Shown one piece after another: positions 1-10,692 of a DNA stretch of 64,000 nucleotides. The notes under the pieces were generated by a model. It saw only the letters and a list, made by a program, of their open reading frames with translations, searched no databases and had not been told where the DNA came from. Source of the DNA: Paragordius varius (Eukaryota > Animalia > Nematomorpha); contig OZ176050.1 in NCBI GenBank assembly GCA_964247055.1, positions 806,001 to 870,000 on the forward strand, given 5' to 3'. Position 1 is the stretch's first letter, and every line of letters starts with the position of its first letter. The translations under genes and the position numbers were made by a program.

Positions 1-12
1 AAAAATAAAAAT

Positions 13-92
13 GGCTACCTAAAATCCAAATTTGATCAGGTGATGTCACCATAATTTTTTTTGGGTAGCCCTATGGTAGTTCCATCATCACC
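13..92. repeat. Two crossing inverted-repeat pairs in the GC-richer half of each monomer
   Basis: GGCTACCTAAAA (13-24) pairs with TTTTGGGTAGCC (59-70) at 11/12 with one G.T. GGTGATG (39-45) pairs with CATCACC (86-92), and ACCATA (48-53) pairs with TATGGT (72-77). Confidence 0.85.
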
Positions 93-133
93 CCAAATAT
101 TGTCGAGATCGGAGTATAAATGTAATTTTTTTC

Positions 134-157
134 AATTTTTTAAATATTTAAAAAATT
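134..157. repeat. Perfect 24-bp palindrome AATTTTTTAAATATTTAAAAAATT, present in most monomers (monomer positions 124-147)
   Basis: The sequence equals its own reverse complement (AA T6 AAA TA TTT A6 TT). Confidence 0.95.
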
Positions 158-3100
158 TATTTTATACGATTTTAAAAATAAAAATGGCTACCTATAATGC
201 AAATTTGATCAGGTGATGTCGCGATAATTTTTTTTGGGTAGCCCTATGGTAGTTCCAACATCACCCCAAATATTTTCGAGATCGGAGTATAAATGTAATT
301 TTTTTCAATTTTTTAAATATTTAAAAAATTTATTTTATACGATTTTAAAAATAAAAATGGCTACCTAAAATCCAAATTTGATCAGGTGATGTCACTATAT
401 TTTTTTTGGGTAGCCCTATGGTAGTTCCATCATCACCCCAAATATTGTCGAGATCGGAGTATAAATGTAATTTTTTTCAATTTTTTAAATATTTAAAAAA
501 TTTATTTTATACGATTTTAAAAATAAAAATGGCTACCTATAATGCAAATTTGATCAGGTGATGTCGCGATAATTTTTTTTGGGTAGCCCTATGGTAGTTC
601 CATCATAACCCCAAATATTTTGGGGATCGGACTATAAATGTAATTTTTTTGAATTTTTTAAATATTTAAAAAATTTATTTTATACGATTTTAAAAATAAA
701 AATGGCTACCTAAAATCCAAATTTGATCAGCTGATGTCACCATAATTTTTTTGGGTAGCCCTATGGTATTTCCATCATCACCCCAAATATTTTCGAGATC
801 GGAGTATAAATGTAATTTTTATGAATTTTTTAAAAAAAAATTTATTTTATACGATTTTAAAAATAAAAATGGCTACCTAAAATCCAAATTTGATCAGGTG
901 ATGTCACCATAATTTTTTTTGGGTAGCCCTATGGTGGTTCCATCATCACCCCAAATATTTTCGAGATCGGAGTATAAATGTAATTTTTATGAATTTTTTA
1001 AATATTTAAAAAATTTATTTTATACGATTTTAAAAATAAAAATGGCTACCTAAAATCCAAATTTGATCAGGTGATGTCGCCATAATATTTTTTGGGTAGC
1101 CCTATGGTAGTTCCATCATCACCCCAAATATTTTCGAGATCGGAGTATAAATGTAATTTTTATGAATTTTTTAAATATTTAAAAAATTTATTTAATACGA
1201 TTTTAAAAATAAAAATGGCTACCTAAAATCCAAATTTGATCAGGTGATGTCACCATAATTTTTTTTGGGTAGCCCTATGGTAGTTCCATCATCACCCCAA
1301 ATATTGTCGAGATCGGAGTATAAATGTAATTTTTTTCAATTTTTTAAATATTTAAAAAATTTATTTTATACGATTTTAAAAATAAAAATGGCTACCTATA
1401 ATGCAAATTTGATCAGGTGATGTCGCGATAATTTTTTTTGGGTAGCCCTATGGTAGTTCCAACATCACCCCAAATATTTTCGAGATCGGAGTATAAATGT
1501 AATTTTTATGAATTTTTTAAATATTTAAAAAATTTATTTTATACGATATTAAAAATAAAAATGGCTACCTAAAATCCAAATTTAATCAGGTGATGTCACC
1601 ATAATTTTTTTTGGGTAGCCCTATGGTAGTTCCATCATCACCCCAAATATTGTCGAGATCGGAGTATAAATGTAATTTTTTTGAATTTTTTAAATATTTA
1701 AAAAATTTATTTTATACGATTTTAAAAATAAAAATGGCTACCTAAAATCCAAATTTGATCAGGTGATGTCACTATATTTTTTTTTGGGTAGCCCTATGGT
1801 AGTTCCATCATCACCCCAAATATTGTCGAGATCGGAGTATAAATGTAATTTTTTTCAATTTTTTAAATATTTAAAAAATTTATTTTATACGATTTTAAAA
1901 ATAAAAATGGCTACCTATAATGCAAATTTGATCAGGTGATGTCGCGATAATTTTTTTTGGGTAGCCCTATGGTAGTTCCATCATCACCCCAAATATTGTC
2001 GAGATCGGAGTATAAATGTAATTTTTTTAAATTTTTTAAATATTTAAAAAATTTATTTTATACGATTTTAAAAATAAAAATGGCTACCTAAAATCCAAAT
2101 TTGATCAGGTGATGTCGCCATAATTTTTTTTGTGTAGCCCTATGGTAGTTCCATCATAACCCCAAATATTTTTGAGATCGGACTTTAAATGTAATTTTTA
2201 TGAATTTTTTAAAAAAAAATATATTTTATACGATTTTAAAAATAAAAATGGCTACCTAAAATCTAAATTTGATCAGGTGATGTCACCATAATTTTTTTTG
2301 GGTAGCCCTATGGTGGTTCCATCATCACCCCAAATATTTTCGAGATCGGAGTATAAATGTAATTTTTTTGAATTTAAATATTTAAAAAATTTATTTTATA
2401 CGATTTTAAAAATAAAAATGGCTACCTAAAATCCAAATTTGATCAGGTGATGTCGCCATAATATTTTTTGGGTAGCCCTATGGTAGTTCCATCATCACCC
2501 CAAATATTTTCGAGATCGGAGTATAAATGTAATTTTTATGAATTTTTTAAATATTTAAAAAATTTATTTTATACGATATTAAAAATAAAAATGGCTACCT
2601 AAAATCCAAATTTGATCAGGTGATGTCACCATAATTTTTTTGGGTAGCCCTATGGTAGTTCCATCATCACCCCAAATATTTTCGAGATCGGAGTATAAAT
2701 GTAATTTTTATGAATTTTTTAAATATTTAAAAAATTTATTTATTACGATTTTAAAAATAAAAATGGCTACCTAAAATCCAAATTTGATCAGGTGATGTCA
2801 TTATAATTTTTTTTGGGTAGCCCTATGGTAGTTCCATCATCACCCCAAATATTTTCGAGATCGGAGTATAAATGTAATTTTTATGAATTTTTTAAATATT
2901 TAAAAAATTTATTTTATACGATTTTAAAATAAAAATGGCTACCTAAAATCCAAATTTGATCAGGTGATGTCACCATAATTTTTTTTGGGTAGCCCTATGG
3001 TAGTTCCATCATCACCCCAAATATTGTCGAGATCGGAGTATAAATGTAATTTTTTTGAATTTTTTAAATATTTAAAAAATTTATTTAATACGATTTTAAA

Positions 3101-6100
3101 AATAAAAATGGCTACCTAAAATCCAAATTTGATCAGGTGATGTCACTATATTTTTTTTTTGGGTAGCCCTATGGTAGTTCCATCATCACCCCAAATATTG
3201 TCGAGATCGGAGTATAAATGTAATTTTTTTTGAATTTTTTAAATATTTAAAAAATTTATTTTATACGATTTTAAAAATAAAAATGGCTACCTAAAATCCA
3301 AATTTGATCAGGTGATGTCACCATAATTTTTTTGGGTAGCCCTATGGTAGTTCCATCATCACCCCAAATATTTTCGAGATCGGAGTATAAATGTAATTTT
3401 TATGAATTTTTTAAATATTTAAAAAATTTATTTAATACGATTTTAAAAATAAAAATGGCTACCTAAAATCCAAATTTGATCAGGTGATGTCACTATATTT
3501 TTTTTTGGGTAGCCCTATGGTAGTTCCATCATCACCCCAAATATTGTCGAGATCGGAGTATAAATGTAATTTTTTTGAATTTTTTAAATATTTAAAAAAT
3601 TTATTTTATACGATTTTAAAAATAAAAATGGCTACCTAAAATCCAAATTTGATCAGGTGATGTCGCCATAATTTTTTTTGTGTAGCCCTATGGTAGTTCC
3701 ATCCTAACCCCAAATATTTTTGAGATCGGACTTTAAATGTAATTTTTATGAATTTTTTAAATATTTAAAAAATTTATTTTATACGATTTTAAAAATAAAA
3801 ATGGCTACCTAAAATCCAAATTTGATCAGGTGATGTCACCATAATTTTTTTTGGGTAGCCCTATGGTAGTTCCATCATCACCCCAAATATTTTCGAGATC
3901 GGAGTATAAATGTAATTTTTATGAATTTTTTAAATATTTAAAAAATTTATTTTATACGATTTTAAAAATAAAAATGGCGCGCTAAATTCCAAATTTGATC
4001 AGGTGATGTCGCCATAATATTTTTTGGGTAGCCCTATGGTAGTTCCAACATCACCCCAAATATTTTCGAGATCGGAGTATTAATGTAATTTTTATGAATT
4101 TTTTAAATATTTAAAAAATTTATTTTATACGATATTAAAAATAAAAATGGCTACCTAAAATCCAAATTTGATCAGGTGATGTCACCATAATTTTTTTTGG
4201 GTAGCCCTATGGTAGTTCCATCATCACCCCAAATATTTTCGAGATCGGAGTATAAATGTAATTTTTATGAATTTTTTAAATATTTAAAAAATTTATTTTA
4301 TACGATTTTAAAAATAAAAATGGCTACCTAAAATCCAAATTTGATCAGGTGATGTCATTATAATTTTTTTTGGGTAGCCCTATGGTAGTTCCATCATCAG
4401 CCCAAATATTTTCGAGATCGGAGTATAAATGTAATTTTTATGAATTTTTTAAATATTTAAAAAATTTATTTTATACGATTTTAAAATAAAAATGGCTACC
4501 TAAAATCCAAATTTGATCAGGTGATGTCACCATAATTTTTTTTGGGTAGCCCTATGGTAGTTCCATCATCACCCCAAATATTGTCGAGATCGGAGTATAA
4601 ATGTAATTTTTTTGAATTTTTTAAATATTTAAAAAATTTATTTTATACGATTTTAAAAATAAAAATGGCCACCTAAAATCCAAATTTGATCAGGTGATGT
4701 CGCCATAATTTTTTTTGGGTAGCCCTATGGTAGTTCCATCATCACCCCAAATATTTTCGAGATCGGAGTATCAATGTAATTTTTATGAATTTTTTAAATA
4801 TTTAAAAAATTGATTTTATACGATTTTAAAATAAAAATGGCTACCTAAAATCCAAATTTGATCAGGTGATGTCACCATAATTTTTTTTGGGTAGCCCTAT
4901 GGTAGTTCCATCATCACCCCAAATATTGTCGAGATCGGAGTATAAATGTAATTTTTTTGAATTTTTTAAATATTTAAAAAATTTATTTTATACGATTTTA
5001 AAAATAAAAATGGCCACCTAAAATCCAAATTTGATCAGGTGATGTCGCCATAATTTTTTTTGGGTAGCCCTATGGTAGTTCCATCATCACCCCAAATATT
5101 TTCGAGATCGGAGTATCAATGTAATTTTTATGAATTTTTTAAATATTTAAAAAATTGATTTTATACGATTTTAAAAATAAAAATGGCTACCTAAAATCCA
5201 AATTTGATCAGGTGATGTCACAATATTTTTTTTGGGTAGCCCTATGGTAGTTCTATCATCACCCCAAATATTGTCGAGATCGGAGTATAAATGTAATTTT
5301 TTTGAATTTTTTAAATATTTAAAAAATTTATTTTATACGATTTTAAAAATAAAAATGGCTACCTAAAATCCAAATTTGATCAGGTGATGTCGCCATAATT
5401 TTTTTTGGGTAGCCCTATGGTAGTTCCATCATAACCCCAAATATTTTTGAGATCGGACTTTAAATGTAATTTTTATGAATTTTTTAAATATTTAAAAAAT
5501 TTATTTTATACGATTTTAAAAATAAAAATGGCTACCTAAAATCCAAATTTGATCAGGTGATGTCACCATAATTTTTTTTGGGTAGCCCTATGGTAGTTCC
5601 ATCATCACCCCAAATATTTTCGAGATCGGAGTATAAATGTAATTTTTATGAATTTTTTAAATATTTAAAAAATTTATTTTATACGATTTTAAAAATAAAA
5701 ATGGCTACCTAAAATCCAAATTTGATCAGGAGATGTCACCATAATTTTTTTTGGGTAGCCCTATGGTGGTTCCATCATCACATCAAATATTTTCGAGATC
5801 GGAGTATAAATGTAATTTTTATGAATTTTTTAAATATTTAAAAAATTTATTTTATAAGATTTTAAAAATAAAAATGGCTACCTAAATTCCAAATTTGATC
5901 AGGTGATGTCACTATAATTTTTTTGGGTAGCCCTATGGTAGTTCCATCATCACCCCAAATATTTTTGAGATCGGACTATAAATGTAATTTTTATGAATTT
6001 TTTAAATATTTAAAAAATTTATTTTATACGATTTTAAAAATAAAAATGACTATATAAAATCCAAATTTGATCAGGTGATGTCACCATAATTTTTTTTGGG

Positions 6101-6218
6101 TAGCCCTATGGTAGTTCCATCATCACCCCAAATATTTTCGAGATCGGAGTATAAATGTAATTTTTATGAATTTTTTAAATATTTAAAAAATTTATTTTAT
6201 ACGATTTTAAAAATAAAA

Positions 6219-7943
6219 ATGACTACCTAAAATCCAAATTTGATCAGGTGATGTCACTATAATTTTTTTGGGTAGCCCTATGGTAGTTCCATCATCACCC
6301 TAAATATTTTCGAGATCGGAGTATAAATGTAATTTTTATGAATTTTTTAAATATTTAAAAAATTTATTTTATACGATTTTAAAATAAAAATGGCTACCTA
6401 AAATCCAAATTTGATCAGGTGATGTCACCATAATTTTTTTTGGGTAGCCCTATGGTGGTTCCATCATCACATCAAATATTTTCGAGATCGGAGTATAAAT
6501 GTAATTTTTATGAATTTTTTAAATATTTAAAAAATTTATTTTATACGATTTTAAAAATAAAAATGGCCACCTAAAATCCAAATTTGATCAGGTGATGTCG
6601 CCATAATTTTTTTTGGGTAGCCCTATGGTAGTTCCATCATCACCCCAAATATTTTCGAGATCGGAGTATAAATGTAATTTTTATGAATTTTTTAAATATT
6701 TAAAAAATTTATTTTATACGATTTTAAAAAAAAAAATGGCTACCTAAAATCCAAATTTGATCAGGTGATGTCACCATAATTTTTTTTGGGTAGCCCTATG
6801 GTAGTTCCATCATCACATCAAATATTTTCGAGATCGGAGTATAAATGTATCTTTTATGAATTTTTTAAATATTTAAAAAATTTATTTTATACGATTTTAA
6901 AAATAAAAATGGCCACCTAAAATCCAAATTTGATCAGGTGATGTCGCCATAATTTTTTTTGGGTAGCCCTATGGTAGTTCCATCATCACCCCAAATATTT
7001 TCGAGATCGGAGTATAAATGTAATTTTTATGAATTTTTTAAATATTTAAAAAATTTATTTTATACGATTTTAAAAATAAAAATGACTACCTAAAATCCAA
7101 ATTTGATCAGGTGATGTCACTATAATTTTTTTGGGTAGCCCTATGGTAGTTCCATCATCACCCTAAATATTTTCGAGATCGGAGTATAAATGTAATTTTT
7201 ATGAATTTTTTAAATATTTAAAAAATTTATTTTATACGATTTTAAAATAAAAATGGCTACCTAAAATCCAAATTTGATCAGGTGATGTCACCATAATTTT
7301 TTTTGGGTAGCCCTATGGTGGTTCCATCATCACATCAAATATTTTCGAGATCGGAGTATAAATGTAATTTTTATGAATTTTTTAAATATTTAAAAAATTT
7401 ATTTTATACGATTTTAAAAATAAAAATGGCCACCTAAAATCCAAATTTGATCAGGTGATGTCGCCATAATTTTTTTTGGGTAGCCCTATGGTAGTTCCAT
7501 CATCACCCCAAATATTTTCGAGATCGGAGTATAAATGTAATTTTTATGAATTTTTTAAATATTTAAAAAATTTATTTTATACGATTTTAAAAAAAAAATG
7601 GCTACCTAAAATCCAAATTTGATCAGGTGATGTCACCATAATTTTTTTTGGGTAGCCCTATGGTAGTTCCATCATCACATCAAATATTTTCGAGATCGGA
7701 GTATAAATGTATCTTTTATGAATTTTTTAAATATTTAAAAAATTTATTTTATACGATTTTAAAAATAAAAATGGCCACCTAAAATCCAAATTTGATCAGG
7801 TGATGTCGCCATAATTTTTTTTGGGTAGCCCTATGGTAGTTCCATCATCACCCCAAATATTTTCGAGATCGGAGTATAAATGTAATTTTTATGAATTTTT
7901 TAAATATTTAAAAAATTGATTTTATACGATTTTAAAAATAAAA
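6219..7943. repeat. 5-monomer higher-order repeat, two tandem copies (863-bp period)
   Basis: ATGACTACC occurs at 6219 and 7082, and CCCTAAAT (variant T) at 6301 and 7164. The order of the other variants (GGTGGTT/CACATC, GGCCACC, A-run before ATGG, TGTATC) is the same in both copies. Confidence 0.9.
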
Positions 7944-10692
7944 ATGGCTACCTAAAATCCAAATTTGATCAGGTGATATCACTATAATTTTTTTTGGGTA
8001 GACCTATGGTAGTTCCATCATCACCCCAAATATTTTCGAGATCGGAGTATAAATGTATCTTTTATGAATTTTTTAAATATTTAAAAAATTTATTTTATAC
8101 GATTTTAAAATAAAAATGGCTAACTAAAATCCAAATTTGATCAGGTGATGTCACCATAATTTTTTTTGGGTAGCCCTATGGTAGTTCCATCATCACCCCA
8201 AATATTTTCGAGATCGGAGTATAAATGTAATTTTTATGAATTTTTTAAATATTTAAAAAATTTATTTTATACGATTTTAAAAATAAAAATGGCTACCTAA
8301 AATCCAAATTTGATCAGGTGATGTCACCATAATTTTTTTTGGGTAGCCCTATGGTAGTTCCATCATCACATCAAATATTTTCGAGATCGGAGTATAAATG
8401 TATCTTTTATGAATTTTTTAAATATTTAAAAAATTTATTTTATACGATTTTAAAATAAAAATGGCTAACTAAAATCCAAATTTGATCAGGTGATGTCACC
8501 ATAATTTTTTTTGGGTAGCCCTATGGTAGTTCCATCATCACCCCAAATATTTTCGAGATCGGAGTATAAATGTAATTTTTATGAATTTTTTAAATATTTA
8601 AAAAATTTATTTTATACGATTTTAAAAATAAAAATGGCTACCTAAAATCCAAATTTGATCAGGTGATGTCACCATAATTTTTTTTGGGTAGCCCTATGGT
8701 AGTTCCATCATCACATCAAATATTTTCGAGATCGGAGTATAAATGTGATTTTTATGAATTTTTTAAATATTTAAAAAATTTATTTTATACGATTTTAAAA
8801 ATAAAAATGGCTACCTAAAATCCAAATTTGATCAGGTGATGTCACTATAATTTTTTTGGGTAGCCCTATGGTAGTTCCATCATCACCCCAATTATTTTTG
8901 AGATCGGACTATAAATGTAATTTTTATGAATTTTTTAAATATTTAAAAAATTTATTTTATACGATTTTAAAAATAAAAATGGCTACCTAAAATCCAAATT
9001 TGATCAGGTGATGTCGCCATAATTTTTTTTGGGTAGCCCTATGGTAGTTCCATCATCACCCCAAATATTTTCGAGATCGGAGTATAAATGTAATTTTTAT
9101 GAATTTTTTAAATATTTAAAAAATTTATTTTATACGATATTAAAAATAAAAATGGCTACCTAAAATCCAAATTTGATCAGGTGATGTCACTATAATTTTT
9201 TTTGGGTAGCCCTATGGTAGTTCTATCAGCACCCCAAATATTTTCGAGATCGGAGTATAAATGTAATTTTTATGAATTTTTTAAATATTTAAAAAATTTA
9301 TTTTATACGATTTTAAAAATAAAAATGGCTGCCTAAAATCCAAATTTGATCAGGTGATGTCACTATAATTTTTATGGGTAGCCCTATGGTAGTTCCATCA
9401 TCACCCCAAATATTTTGGGGATCGGACTATAAATGTAATTTTTATGAATTTTTTAATTATTTAAAAAATTTATTTTATACGATTTTAAAAATAAAAATGG
9501 CTACCTAAAATCCAAATTTGATCAGGTGATGTCACCATAATTTTTTTTGGGTAGCCCTATGGTAGTTCCATCATCACCCCAAATATTTTCGAGATCGGAG
9601 TATAAATGTAATTTTTATGAATTTTTTAAATATTTAAAAAATTTATTTTATACGATTTTAAAAATAAAAATGGCTACCTAAAATCCAAATTTGATCAGGT
9701 GATGTCGCCATAATTTTTTTTGGGTAGCCCTATAGTAGTTCCATCATCACCCCAAATATTTTGGGGATAGGAGTATAAATGTAATTTTTATGAATTTTTT
9801 AAATATTTAAAAAATTTATTTTATACGATTTTAAAAATAAAAATGGCTACCTAAAATCCAAATTTGATCAGGTGATGTCGACATAATTTTTTTTGGGTAG
9901 CCCTATTCCATCATCACCCCAAATATTTTGGGGATCGGACTATAAATGTAATTTTTATGAATTTTTTAAATATTTAAAAAATTTATTTTATACGATATTA
10001 AAAATAAAAATGGCTACCTAAAATCCAAATTTGATCAGGTGATGTCACCATAATTTTTTTTGGGTAGCCCTATGGTAGTTCCATCATCACCCCAAATATT
10101 TTCGAGATCAATGTATAAATGTAATTTTTATGAATTTTTTAAATATTTAAAAAATTTTTTATACGATTTTAAAAATAAAAATGGCTACCTAAAATCCAAA
10201 TTTGATCAGGTGATGTCGCCATAATTTTTTTTGGGTAGCCCTATCGTAGTTCCATCATTACCCCAAATATTTTGGGGATAGGAGTATAAATATAATTTTT
10301 ATGAATTTTTTAAATATTTAAAAAATTTATTTTATACGATTTTAAAAATAAAAATGGCTACCTAAAATCCAAATTTGATCAGGTGATGTCGCCATAATTT
10401 TTTTTGGGTAGCCCTATTCCATCATCACCCCAAATATTTTGGGGATCGGACTATAAATGTAATTTTTATGAATTTTTTAAATATTAAAAAATTTATTTTA
10501 TACGATTTTAAAAATAAAAATGGCTACCTAAAATCCAAATTTGATCAGGTGATGTCACCATAATTTTTTTTAGGTAGCCCTATGGTAGTTCCATCATCAC
10601 CCCAAATATTTTCGAGATCGGAGTATAAATGTAATTTTTATGAATTTTTTAAATATTTAAAAAATTTATTTTATACGATTTTAAAAATAAAA

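Larger units (their letters stand above)
11..183 (+). repeat. Representative first complete monomer (173 bp); phase chosen arbitrarily at ATGGCTACC
   Basis: The next monomer starts at 184. It has one BclI site (TGATCA), two GATC sites, a TaqI site (TCGA) in CGAG-type monomers, and several DraI and SspI sites. Confidence 0.97.
1..9324. repeat. Variant domain A: almost all TTTTCGAGA-type monomers, with short 2-mer and 5-mer duplications
   Basis: Only one GGGG-type monomer was seen (about 622). Characteristic variants are CCTATAATGCAAA/GTCGCGATA, CACATCAAA, AAAATTGATTTT, GGCTAACT and TGTATCTTTT. Confidence 0.75.

Noticed and set aside
100-114. CENP-B-box-like TTCG..CGG motif (TTCGAGATCGGAG in the consensus)
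   Set aside because: The CENP-B box core needs TTCG-N4-A-N2-CGGG, with 7 nt between the blocks. Here there are 4 nt and CGGA, and the TTCG is lost in many monomers.
115-195. TATAAA, AATAAA and AAAATGG (TATA box, poly(A) signal, start context) in each monomer
   Set aside because: These are expected by chance in 94% AT sequence, and the ATG is followed by a stop after three codons (ATG GCT ACC TAA).
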